In this document: positions 40,037 through 51,533 of the stretch, one piece after another
Position numbering within the stretch: the first letter of the stretch is position 1
Layout of the letters: every line of letters begins with the position of its first letter
NCBI GenBank assembly: GCA_973895155.1
Contig: OZ316896.1
Span: forward strand, 19,828,754-19,892,753
Direction: 5' to 3'
Source of the DNA: Marsupella aquatica
Lineage: Eukaryota; Plantae; Marchantiophyta
DNA: 64,000 nt
Program-made: the position numbers and the translations under genes
Notes under the pieces: generated by a model
Seen by the model: only the letters and a program-made list of their open reading frames with translations
Database searches by the model: none
Told to the model about the DNA's origin: nothing

Positions 40037-41951
40037 CTGAACGACACAGACATAAGATATCATCACACAAATCATATAAGCATCTAACACAAACATTTCA
40101 TGGCACAAATTTTGTTCACTGCCGAACTTACAATGTCAAAGTTCTAAATTTGACTCCCGTACCGAAATGATCAATTTGTCGCTCCCGAGGAAAAACCCCG
40201 ACTCAAAAGGCGATATTGTTACTCGTAACTTTCTTTCGACGTTATTCTGGCTACGAAACAGAGCGAAGGAGTCACTTTGCATTCTTCCCCTCCTACACGG
40301 GGAAGAAAAACCAAGACAACGCCCGACTCGAGTATCGTGCCCGTCAAGAAATTTTGAAAATTTCACATTACCGAACACACTCCCCTGACCGCCCCTGAGC
40401 TTCTGCTATATAGCAAGCTTTGATTCCATCCCCCTAATCTGTTTGCCGTCGCTCAGTGGTAACAATCCTTGCTGTTTCTCGAGTTTATGGACAAGAAATT
40501 CGATAGCGACTCTTTGCTTGAACTTTCAAAATACGACTCTGTCTATTGACAACTGCGAATGCTCGCCGACGGGCTTCCCGGCACTCGGACCCTCTCCACT
40601 TCATTCCATGTTTCGCACCTACTTTTCCCTGATTCCAAATATCTATCAAGCTCAAATTCAAGACAGTGAAGATGAACTCCTCTCACTCCAACTCTCTGTA
40701 AAGCTTTCTTAGGTGATGATCCGAATGCCCATTTCGGTTCCCTGGACTTTCAAGCAGTTCAAGCATTCATGAAATCTCTCTGACCAGGGTGGTGATCCTT
40801 TGTGTCCCATTTGTGCTGTGGGTGAATCCAGAGATTCGGATCCCGACCTTTTGCAGAAGTAATAAGGAGCTACTTAGGAAAATTGAAATACAGAAATTGA
40901 AGCATGTGATGGAAGGTCAAATACCCAAAGGGTCCTGGTACCACAAGAGGCTTGACCTTAAGGTCGTTGCTTCATTCATATTCTGTCCGCGTAAGCGCCT
41001 TCGTTAAATCATTCACCGTCTTGTTGGACATCTACAGATTAACACTCACTGTCTCATCTCATCTGGAATAGAAAGGTCAAAGAATTGCAGAACTTTTCAA
41101 ATCCACCACAGTGAGCTTTTCCTTCAATCATTGGCCATCTACAGTACCACTCTACTCGCACAGTCTCATGTACCTTGTGATCGAAATGCCAGAGAGAGAA
41201 TTGAGCTCTATCGACTGAAAACAAAGACGACCGCCGGATTGGGGAGGAAAGAACTGAGGCCTACCTGGCGGAGTGCCAATTTCGTTGTCTCCTCTCTCCA
41301 TGGACGAAGTCGAATGATCCACCCCACGCATGAACGTTCCAAGATTCCGCCTAAAAAATTGACATTCATCAGAGGTCCTCACAAAGCAAAATGTAATGCA
41401 GTCATGCAATCAGTCACCTTCCAGTCCGTCAATCCGGACTCCGTCGCTGCACCACCAACCAACCCCAAACCTTCAACTGCGTTCCAATTCCTCCTCATAA
41501 CTAGTCAATACTGTGGTACGGAGCTAGTGACAGCAGCAGCGGTGCACTCACAACTCCTCCTCGGCAGCTCAGCTCAAGTCAGCTCAGCTCAGTTCATGCA
41601 CAATCAATCCGCTCAGGTACACTGCCTTCCTTCGTTCCCTCCGCTTGCATGCCAAGCCAAACCAAACTCCCACCTCGCCTGCATCGATCCCGAGTTTCCG
41701 ACCCAGCAATCTCGTGCTAGGCGAGGAGACCCGAGACGGAGACCCAAGACGAGAGCCAGGCATTGCTTTCATGAACCCACAACAGAAAAGTCGAGATCGA
41801 GGATTCCAGTGGGAGGGCTCGTCTGCTACCTGCCAGTTGCCTGCTACGTGTGCATGAGTGACAAGCACAACTGCCTTCTATCACAGGTGCAGTTCATCAT
41901 TAGGGGGTCTCACATAGTGAGTCTCAAAGCCAACAATTTGATGTACCTTAA

Positions 41952-42205
41952 CTAGTAAGAGAGTTATGGGTAAGAGCCCTATGCCTATGGGTTGCACAGT
42001 GCAAGGAGGGCTGGTCCATTAGGAGTCGGGCAGGGGCATTTACGGGGTAGCGTCGGGAAGCACATTTGCATCACGGGTGCCTATTTCCTCCATCGTTGGT
42101 CAGGGAAAACAGCCAAACAAATCCAATGGATCTTTCCCGCCCAAGAGCTGTTTTGTGTTGGGACAAGGACGGAAAATAAAGGGGATCCCTTACTATAGTT
42201 GTAGA
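41952..42205 (-). mobile_element. Non-autonomous Helitron-like element (254 bp) nested in a MITE-like repeat
   Basis: On the minus strand: A|TC 5' end, an imperfect GC-closed subterminal hairpin, CTAG|T 3' end and no TSD. A second copy lies at ~1.7-1.94 kb. Confidence 0.6.
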
Positions 42206-43254
42206 TGAACACAAAAAGTTATGGACTACAAAATTCATAGTCCATAACTTTTTGCCATAAGGATTGGTCAATCATATGCCATAACCATTAAGCACTGCAA
42301 AGGCTGGTGAAAGAAAAAACAAAACAAACTTTTACTCAGTCTTGTGAAAAAGTTATGACCTATTCTTTTTGACCATCATCCGTAATTTCCAAGCTTTGAG
42401 ACGCCTTAATACTGTATCCATTTTGCTATTCCACTGGATAGGGTCATTATTTACCTACAATGTGGGCGTGCAAGTGAGTTTCACTGATGCACAGAGCTTT
42501 TGAGGTTCAGGCCGTGGTGGGGGGCAGTGACAAGCAGGAAACAGCAATGTCCCGCAACACAAGTGTGTGGGCTAGACTCAGTGAGTGCCGCATGTTTTCA
42601 GCCCTGTCACTCCAAACCTAAACCCAGACTGCAGTGAGACTGACTGCAGGCTTTCTTTGAGACCCCTATTCTCTTGGGCTTGGATATATAAAGTCTTCTT
42701 GAGGTAGACTCCTCCCCAAGCTGATCCCCAACACATGCATCCTTACTTCCCGGTCCACAATGCCAGAATGGGACACTCAGGGACCATATGTTGCCATCTT
42801 GCCTGCACCATCAACCCTCCAACTCCAGAGGGTCGGATAGTTATTAATTAGCTTCTCTCATGCTTGACCCAAAAGTAACTTTCAATTGCTATTATACAAT
42901 TCTATATCAATTTTAGATTCACTAAGTAACTCCGCATGTTACTTAAATAGGTCAGAAAACTCCGGCATTGTTTTTGTGCTCTGTCCAATGCCGCCGGTGA
43001 CTGGCCGCAACCTAAGTCAGTGTCTCCTCAGGGAGTGTCAACTCAGGTGCCGACAATATTGGATTCAAACAAGGCTTCTAACAAGGCTTGTGTAGTTGTT
43101 CGTGTACACATTGCTTTCTTGGTGACATATTATGCCTAGGTACATGGCCATCAATTCCACTCTCCATGTCCTTAGGATGACCACCAAGTGTTTGCATCCA
43201 CCTTGTGTTTGTTGCCTTGTGATTTGGGTACCCCTTGCCAAGGTAGGGGCTCCT

Positions 43255-43855
43255 CGGGGGTCTCACTACATGGGGACCTCCCCATCACCTGCGACGTTTT
43301 TAGGCCTTGGACCCCCTAAAATGTAAGAAAAAAATATTATTTTTTAACCCCTATAAAGTTAGAATATTCTTGGAATATTCCAAAAATTGGATTAAAAAGA
43401 CCCTAATGTTCTTATAAGTCTCAAAATTGAATTTAAAAGACCCTATTGTTCTTCTACAAAAATTCTTAAGTCTTCCCTTACAACCAATAAAATGACCTTA
43501 TCCTTCGTCGCACGTGATATGCCATTTTTGTGGAAGTGAAACCCCCGAGAGGGGCTTGGGGGTCTCACTATAATTATGGGGACCTCCCCGTCACCTGCAA
43601 TGTTTTTAGGCCTCGGACCCCTAAAATGTAAGAAAAAAAATTGTTTTTCAACCCCTATAAAATTGGAATATTCTTGGAATATTCCAAAAGTTGAATAAAA
43701 AGACCCTAATGTTCTTATAAGTCTCACAATTGAATTTAAAAGACCCTATTGTTCTTCAGCTGCAAAAAATTTTAAGTCTTCCCTAGAACCAATAAAAATG
43801 ACCTTATCCTTTGTCGCATGTGATTTGCCATTTTTGTGGAAGTGAAACCCCCAAG
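43255..43855. repeat. Tandem duplication of a ~300-bp unit
   Basis: ggggtctcacta...tggggacctcccc.tcacctgc...gccatttttgtggaagtgaaacccc occurs twice. Confidence 0.85.
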
Positions 43856-44132
43856 GTTAGGGGGGTATTTGTACATTTGCATTCTTGTAGCGCAAAGGTG
43901 TTCTTAAAATAAAGTTGTTTGCGAGTGGCACCTTTTGCTTTACCTATGACTAAGGTAGGGTTTTCACTCTTAGTAGTTAGTTTTTGTTGACTCGTTGTCG
44001 AGGCAGTCAGAACACTTCAAGCATAGCTTGATGTTCTAAACATGGAGTTAGACAGTGATTTCTCAAATGCTTTTGGTTGATGTTCGCATCCTGCAGGTTT
44101 TCATTTTACTCGTGATCAGAACATTGCCAATC

Positions 44133-45264
44133 TGTGACAAGGCCCCAAACCCGGTATTAACTTATTGATGACTTATAATTTTGTATATAAGTAGAAAGAC
44201 AAGTAGGTGTCAGTAGCAAAAATGGATGTTTAAATTTTTGTTAGTTCTAATTAATTGATGTAACAACCGGAGTCCGGAAGTGGTGGACCTAGCCACCCAG
44301 CGCCCTCACCAATCCCAGCACCCACGCCTAAGTGCCCCTAGTGCTTGAACACCGCCTCAGAATACCTTGAGCAAGCAACCTGGTGCCCCTTGCACCACTG
44401 ACGGCCCCTCCCGTACAAAGCCGCACTTGCTCTCCAACACGATCACTACTCAACGGTCCTCTCTGTCTGCACAAGCAACCATTCGTCTCGGTAAGTAACC
44501 CCTCAGGATCTAGATCTCCCAAGTCTAGCATCCTAACTCAAACTCAATAGACATTGGTAAGTAGGTCAGCGATAGGTCCTCCAAATGGGAACCGACACCC
44601 ATTGTTCGTCTAGAACAACTCCTTCCTTGGGTGCAGCCCGGGTTCCTCCTCATACCTATCCATCACCAGTTGATCACCCTACCCTTAGGACATGCTCATG
44701 GCCCAAATAGCGTAGCTTGTCCTAAAGCTTGTCCCAACACGCGGGGACCAGAATGGCCCCGACTCTAGCGACCAACTCCCAATTCTCGCCCCACTGATGG
44801 TCTAGGGGCCAAGTGCCTTGGAACTCATCCTCCATGCCTACTTGGCCTTGCCTCCCCAACGCATGCTCCCTTGAGAGACTAAACGCGGCTTGGTTGCTGT
44901 TTTGGCAGGATTTGGCAAGCGGGCGAGATAGCCCCCGTAAACCCCAAGAACCTATGGCACCCCCAGACTCAGCTGATCTCAGGAGGACGTATCCCTCCTT
45001 GAGAGCTTTCCAACGCATCCAAGAAGTCCTCCACGGACTTCCCGTTGGGAACTTATCGTCATTTCCATTTGGTGTTTTCCCTCAGTGTCGCGACCGCCGC
45101 GGCCCACGACTTCAGCTCCCCCTTAGCCCCTAGGGAGACACCACTCCCCTCATATATGCGTTTGGAGACCTGCCACCCCCCTGACCAACTTTGGCCCCCA
45201 CCTGGACCCAACCCGCATGTCTAGGCGTGCCACCAACTGGCAATGCCCATAACTTTCTACTTAG
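44133..45264. mobile_element. Probable LTR-retroelement remnant interrupted by the DNA transposon; continues at 58324 to ~58.9 kb
   Basis: TGTGACA/TGTAACA-type starts, and the same C-rich composition on both sides of the TTAG TSD. No clear coding domain. Confidence 0.35.
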
Positions 45265-45279
45265 ATCAGCCTATTCATT

Positions 45280-45630
45280 AAAAGTGTATTATTATTTGAT
45301 TTATGTACATTTGGGCAGTGAAAAGTGTACTTTTGGGCTTGGAAAAGTGTACATTTGGCCAATGAAAAGTGTACTTTGGGGATAGAAAAGTTTACAATTG
45401 GCCTAAAGAGTGTACATTTGGGCAATGAAAAGTGTAAATTTGAACATCAAAATAGATACATTTGGCTTTAAAAGTGTACATTTGAGTACATTTGGCCTAG
45501 AAAGTGTACATTTGAGTGCAAAATGCATACATTTGGCTTAACAAGTGTACATTTAAGTGCATTTGGTCTAGAAAGTGTAACTTTTAGTGCAATAAAGTGT
45601 ACATTTGGCCTAAAAAGTGTACATTTGCCT
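45280..45630 (+). repeat. Left subterminal array of AAAGTGTACATTTG
   Basis: More than 12 copies at ~20-22-bp spacing. Confidence 0.9.
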
Positions 45631-45878
45631 ACCAACTCTTATTATAATCATTTAAAAGAAAGGAATGAATAGAAAAACATTTTTAATTATGTAGAAAAAG
45701 CAAACATTCATATTTATAATGATCAAAAGTTTAGAAAATGAGGAGATAGTATCACATTAAAACTATTAGAATAGTAAATAACTAGTACATAAATTACTAT
45801 GTTTGAATGAGTGACTATCTTAGTTACATAAAAACTAGTAACTATCTATTTAATTATTATAGCTTCTAACAACTAAGT

Positions 45879-48800
45879 CTACTTGTCCATCCTTTGAAGA
45901 TAATTTTGGACAGTTTGTAGAACATTTCGAGGGATCTTCAAACCTCTGCCTGCCATGTTTTCTTCTTTCATTCCAGATTTAAAACCATACATTGCAGAAT
46001 TTGCATACTGCCAATGTTGAGTATTCTCACCAAACCCTGGATCTCGTTCCCATGTCTTAGTGGACATGAAACAATTTAGATACCGCGCACTCTCAGTCAC
46101 ATCAAGTTTACTAGAGTGTTTAGGCCTCCACCATTCAACTGGGAACATTGGAGCGTACTGTCGAGGCAGAGAAGGGTTTGTTGAAGATGTAGTTGGGACT
46201 TCATGCTTTGGGTCCACCAAACCCAAAGCTCTCACCAACCAGAAATGACCTCCACCATTTTTATTCTCCCAGTCATCCTCGGGTCGAAGAAATACAAAGT
46301 TTCCTTCACAAATATCTTGTAAAGGAATCCATCGTCCTTGTTCTCTCTCAGCTCGAGATCCAACAAATGGTGCTGCCTGATCTTCCATCTCTTCCAAGAC
46401 CTCATTTTGAAGAGCCATCATCTCTGCATTCTCCTCATCTTCACTTGGAGGACCACTTTGTTCCGGTTGGTTGACCTTGTAACCAGTGCCGTGGTTAGTC
46501 TTAGGCCAAAATCTGTTTTCCAAGGGAAATTGAGTACTTCCCTCCCCTTCTAGTGCGAGCCCATTTGTCAACAACTCCACAATTCTCTCCCAATATTTCA
46601 CAAGAGGAAATCTTTCCTTATATGCTATAGATGTCTCATCAGTGCAACTCCTTCTCAAAAAATCAAGGTACTTGTTAAGAAATGGGATAATCTCTTCAGA
46701 TTTTTTGTGTATCTCTCCAATGGATTTAGCTAAGGGCTCTCCACTTGGTAAAAGAAGAGAATTTGTTGTCAGATCTGTTGCCCAAATGCACCTTCCACCA
46801 AGTGGAGCCCAAGCTTGCTTTACATGGGACTTATACTGAAATATTGGTACATTATCTCTCATAGAGAAAAGAAATGATACAGGTTTTGAGTGACCTTGAA
46901 TATCTTTCACCTTGAAAGTTTGAAGATATTCTTTGTAAGATGCAACTTCTTGTATCAATCTGGGAACTGGATGAATGCTCTCGCATTCCCATACCTCTGC
47001 CATAAGAGCAAGGAGGGTTGCAACTTCTTTGTGCTGAACTTGATATGATACCTTTGAAAAGAGTGCATCAACATCTTCATGCGTATGACCAACCATTAGA
47101 AAAGACATTTGAACAGTTTCAAATACTCCTCTACTCACAAGCTCGCTACAAAATGCCATGACAGTCTGGTTTTTGTTGTCCTTTGCTGAATTATCCATCT
47201 GCAATGTTAGGTGCCTTGGCAAGGGCTTGAACGATGGACTGCCTTGCTCTCCTTGCATGTCTTCTCCATCATCCTCATCTTGCTGGTTTGGGACGGTCTC
47301 AGTCCGACTCTCAGCTCCATCTTCAGAACCAATATACCTATTCACCGGTATATTCTTTGGTTCCAAATAACCCGTCAAAAATGCTTCAAAGTCAAGTAGG
47401 GCTTGAAAGAAAGGTCTGTGAGGTTCCCAATGAAGGCCATCCAACATGTCACCTGTCTTGTCTCCATTGTACTCTTCAAGGTCTCGAAGACACTTAGCCA
47501 AGGATGTCACCGTGAAATCGGCATCTCCTGGCCAAAGGCCAGTGACACTAAAGTGTGCATAAACTCCTGGATCCCTCCCGTGGGTCAACATCCCTGTGAG
47601 AGCAATAGGTAGCGGCATTCCATGACCCGAAAGAGATTTAGGAGTACTAACCATTTTTGGAATCCATGTCTTTGCTTGATCCATCTTGTCGTGAATAATG
47701 CAAAGATATTCTCCTGGGTGTTGTTTGGCCATCACTCGATGAGCGTAGTAAACATATCTACGTGACATTTGCTCACGAAGATGTTGCGCTCGTTTTTCTT
47801 CAATTTCAGCATGTTCTTTTTTCCTTCTTTCTCGCATCAAACTGTCTTTGTATTCACAACAAAGAGTACACTTGGCAAATGCACCATCTTTATGAAAACT
47901 GAAGTTTGCAAATGAGTTACTCCAGATCTTGTAGAGAGTATTCTCTGTGACAGGAGGAAGCCCTTCTTCCTTCATCTTTGTTCTCACATCTTCCAGAATC
48001 TCTAGCTTTTTGTAACACGCCGGAAGACGGTACTCAATAGAGTCTGTCCCATGTGCCCCTCCATAAGGCATATGAGGCATGGGCTCTGCATTTCGAGTCA
48101 AAAAAGCCTCCAACAGAGCTCGTGCATGCAAGGTATTTGCCCTTGTTTTCATCAAGCCCGTATTGCCATGGAACCCAATTTTGCAACCCTCCACATATCT
48201 CCTTTTGTAATCATAATATTTGGTGTGGCTAAAACCGTGGATAATTGCAAATGCATGTCTGCATACGACCATACCCTTAAGAACATGGTGTCCCTTATCA
48301 CGAACATCATCCTCTCTATAGTGAAAGAGGTTGAAAATGTGTGACGTTTTTGACTCGCTTGACATCCCATGAAATTCCATCCTAATATCTTCGATGTTTT
48401 CCCTTGGCATAATGAGACAACATTTTTGCTTGCAACAATTTTCTCTTTTCACGTCATCAATTGACGCCTCTGTTGTTTTTGAAATTGCCTTGGTTTCCAA
48501 CAACCTCCTCTTCTTTTCATTTGGATCTACTTGATTCCTCTTGTTAAAATTGTAGGGCCTTGAACGCAGTACTCCTCTATCACTTACATCCGCATTGAGT
48601 TCATCCCTATCCATTGAGTCCATCCTTTCAGAACCTTCCACCAAAATATCTGACAAAAATTTTCCATTTGCAACTAGTTTTGTTGAATCAATCCGCCATC
48701 GAATCAAACTCACTACTCCCTTGTGGATGTTGGGAAAGTATTGTGCTGCCACGACATCTTTCACAGCAATCCCAACATGGTCATCACCAAGAATTTCATC

Positions 48801-49655
48801 ATCAACTGCCGCCATCACTTGAGGGACAGTGATCGTTCCTGTGGCAACCATTTTGGTTCGATCCAAACCAGTGTAGAGTTCAACCAACTCTGACATCCAG
48901 TTTGCCCGATGAAAATAGTCACACTTAGTGTCTGTGGTGTTTGCCGAACAAGACTGTGAAACAAAATCCGCCTTGTCCTTCTGCTTCTTAGAGGAAGATT
49001 TGTTGCTCCCATCGATATCAACATTCCATACTTTATTGTGGACGTCAGCCACATCCCATAGAACCCAGGAGCCCTTTGCCTCTTCAATTGTTGCAGCTCC
49101 ACCATGTGCGTAAGGTAAAGTCTTACTACCATGAATCACATCTGTGATTTTTACACTAACCCGAGACTCACCGAGTAATATGTTATGACATCTCTCCATT
49201 GGATCAGTGTTGAAAACAACTCCAAAGGCCACACAATGGCCAGAGATAAACATTTCAACCTCATCACCTGGCCTTAGGGTGGTCGAAGCATCCTCCTGTA
49301 CATTTGCAGAATTATGGATGTTGTTATCTTTTCGAGTCGAACAACTACCAATACTGATGCGTTTTTGAGTAATCTTATCCGCAGATCGATATGCACATGA
49401 CATATCCCAAATGACACATGAGTCAATGGCATCATGAAGATTTTCCGCCCTAGGCATTGGAAAAGGGAGCTTCCTGGTCTCACCAAAGGCCTTCTCAATG
49501 AGAACCCCAATTCGATTCTCTCCCAGCACAATATTTTGAACACTCTCTTGCGGATCTGTCTTTTGAACTATCCCATTTCCAACGTCGTAACCATCCATTG
49601 TCAAGGTCACATCATCGCCCCTAGAAAACCTTTGAGACATCTTTTTCCTATTATC
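45879..49655 (-). CDS. Transposase of ~1250 aa: Sola-like/DUF7869-type DDE core with three N-terminal repeated beta domains
   Basis: Uninterrupted ORF. FAKCTLC, IIHDKMDQAK, LQMDNSAKDNKN, FLMVGHTHEDVDALFS. Start is either the ATG at 49640 or an upstream exon via the AG acceptor at 49657-49656. Confidence 0.85.
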   Translation of the reverse strand, partial: DNRKKMSQRFSRGDDVTLTMDGYDVGNGIVQKTDPQESVQNIVLGENRIGVLIEKAFGETRKLPFPMPRAENLHDAIDSCVIWDMSCAYRSADKITQKRISIGSCSTRKDNNIHNSANVQEDASTTLRPGDEVEMFISGHCVAFGVVFNTDPMERCHNILLGESRVSVKITDVIHGSKTLPYAHGGAATIEEAKGSWVLWDVADVHNKVWNVDIDGSNKSSSKKQKDKADFVSQSCSANTTDTKCDYFHRANWMSELVELYTGLDRTKMVATGTITVPQVMAAVDDEILGDDHVGIAVKDVVAAQYFPNIHKGVVSLIRWRIDSTKLVANGKFLSDILVEGSERMDSMDRDELNADVSDRGVLRSRPYNFNKRNQVDPNEKKRRLLETKAISKTTEASIDDVKRENCCKQKCCLIMPRENIEDIRMEFHGMSSESKTSHIFNLFHYREDDVRDKGHHVLKGMVVCRHAFAIIHGFSHTKYYDYKRRYVEGCKIGFHGNTGLMKTRANTLHARALLEAFLTRNAEPMPHMPYGGAHGTDSIEYRLPACYKKLEILEDVRTKMKEEGLPPVTENTLYKIWSNSFANFSFHKDGAFAKCTLCCEYKDSLMRERRKKEHAEIEEKRAQHLREQMSRRYVYYAHRVMAKQHPGEYLCIIHDKMDQAKTWIPKMVSTPKSLSGHGMPLPIALTGMLTHGRDPGVYAHFSVTGLWPGDADFTVTSLAKCLRDLEEYNGDKTGDMLDGLHWEPHRPFFQALLDFEAFLTGYLEPKNIPVNRYIGSEDGAESRTETVPNQQDEDDGEDMQGEQGSPSFKPLPRHLTLQMDNSAKDNKNQTVMAFCSELVSRGVFETVQMSFLMVGHTHEDVDALFSKVSYQVQHKEVATLLALMAEVWECESIHPVPRLIQEVASYKEYLQTFKVKDIQGHSKPVSFLFSMRDNVPIFQYKSHVKQAWAPLGGRCIWATDLTTNSLLLPSGEPLAKSIGEIHKKSEEIIPFLNKYLDFLRRSCTDETSIAYKERFPLVKYWERIVELLTNGLALEGEGSTQFPLENRFWPKTNHGTGYKVNQPEQSGPPSEDEENAEMMALQNEVLEEMEDQAAPFVGSRAEREQGRWIPLQDICEGNFVFLRPEDDWENKNGGGHFWLVRALGLVDPKHEVPTTSSTNPSLPRQYAPMFPVEWWRPKHSSKLDVTESARYLNCFMSTKTWERDPGFGENTQHWQYANSAMYGFKSGMKEENMAGRGLKIPRNVLQTVQNYLQRMDK

Positions 49656-49696
49656 CTGCACACTGAAAAAAATGGATTACAACCAAAGTCATGCAA

Positions 49697-50470
49697 ATTT
49701 TGATTCAGACTGCGATCCTCAAAGTCTGGATTTGGACTACGATCCTTCAATTCCGGATTTGGACCGGGACCATCCAAGTCCGGATTTGGACTACGATCCT
49801 CTGATTCTGGATTTGGACTAGGACCATCCGAGTCCGGATTTTGACCGGGACCATCCAAGTCCGGATTTGGACTGCAATCCTCTGAGTCTAGATTTGGACT
49901 ACGATCCTCCGATTATGGATTTGGATTGGGACCATCCGAGTCCGGATTTGGACTGGAATCCTCCGAGTCTAGATTTGGAGTACGATCCTCCGATTCTGGA
50001 TTTGGACTGGGACCATCCCAGTCCAAAGTTGGACTCGGACCATCCCAATCCAAACTAGGACTCGGACCATCCCAAGTCCAAACTTGGACTCGGACCATCC
50101 CAATCCAAAGTTGGACTCGGACCATCCTAATCCAAACTTGGACTCGGACCATCCCAATCCAAACTAGGACTTGGACCATCCAAGTCCAAACTTGGACTCG
50201 GACCATCCCAATCCAAAGTTGGACTTGAACCATCCTAATCCAAACTTGGACTCGGACCATCCCAATCCAAACTAGGACTTGGACCATCCAAGTCCAAACT
50301 TGGACTCGGACCATCCCAATCCAAACTAGGACTTGGACCATCCAAGTTTAAACTTGGACTCGGACCATCCCAATCCAAAGTTGGACTCGGATGATCCCAA
50401 TGCAAAGTTGGACTCGGATGATCCTAGTCCACATTTGAATCCAAACTTGGCCTAGGACCATCCTAGACCA
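49697..50470. repeat. 27-bp-period tandem array (TCCAAACTTGGACTCGGACCATCCCAA and variants)
   Basis: Roughly 25-30 degenerate units of 26-27 bp, read directly. Confidence 0.92.
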
Positions 50471-51502
50471 ACCCATAATGTAACGGGAGATAAACTTCAG
50501 ACATTTTAAGCTAAGAAAATTCCAAATTTAGGAAGACTCCGTATTTTACGGATCTCCCTATATGGTGTAGCCTAAAGTTTGCGTGGTCTTAAGGTAGACC
50601 CTAATGTCTACATACAGTTTCATGAAATAATGAAACCTAGCCTTATATTTGAATGCGTTAACCTTATACTCACCTTAGTATTAAGATCTGGTAGAATATG
50701 AATATCACATCCAAGGGGGATACATTGTTGTCTGTAGATTGGTAAAAACTTTCCCAGAACCCTGAAATACAAGCTATATGCCACTAAATCTTGGGAGTAA
50801 AAAACAAACTGAACCCTAAACCACACATGTCTGTAAAAGATAAACTGAGAGGACCCCAAAAGTCAAGAAGCTGGCTAAGCTGACCCATTGAAGGTAAGTG
50901 GCTCAATACATAACACTTTAAGAGAAACTCCGGATTACATGGAGCTTAGATTTGGGAAACTAGAACAAGAATGAGCTCCGAAGTGGGCGTCTCCCGAAAT
51001 ATACCCTTTGCTCGAGTCGGCTCAAACGGAAATCGCGTGAAGATAAGGGTTGAGTACCCCTTCACCTTAGCTTGCAGCACACCTTATCTTCACGAGCCTA
51101 ATTGCGCGGGGACTACCGTGCAAGGCTGTTAGGTAGGCAGGACATCAAGGAAGGAGGCCCGTATGCAGGGTGCGGGCAACGGGCCGTACGCAGGAGCAAG
51201 CCGTACGCACTATCAGGCCGTACGTAGGAGAAGGAGGCAACCGGCCGTACGCAGGCCGGGGTGAGGCAGGAGGGGGTAAAGGGACGGAGAGGTCCAGCCA
51301 GGACCTCATTCTCATTCTCACTCTTTCGCTCCTCACTCTGCTCACGCTCTCCACTCTCCGCCTCCGCTCTCTGCTCTTTGCCTTCACTCGCTCGCTCTCC
51401 TCGCTCTTTGCTCTCCGCTCTCTCTCCGCCTCCCCGCCTCTGCCTGCTTCCGCCTCCACCTCCATTCTTTTTCATTGCCCTAAATCGGACGCCTGCTAAG
51501 AA

Positions 51503-51527
51503 GCCACGTGTCACTCTGCCACGTGTC
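51503..51527 (+). promoter_or_regulatory. Twin G-box/ABRE-like motifs (GCCACGTGTC x2) just upstream of the ATG at 51534
   Basis: gccacgtgtcactctgccacgtgtc; function is not shown. Confidence 0.35.
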
Positions 51528-51533
51528 AGAAAG

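Noticed and set aside
41131-41955. 274-aa ORF
   Set aside because: Non-ATG start, no recognisable motif, and it runs into repeat sequence.
49607-50341. Repeat-derived ORFs (DGPSPNP, WIGMVRVQV; also the DSDDPNPNL ORF at 51722-52165)
   Set aside because: They are by-products of a 27-bp unit (a multiple of 3); the 51.7-kb array lies within a phase-consistent GT-AG intron.
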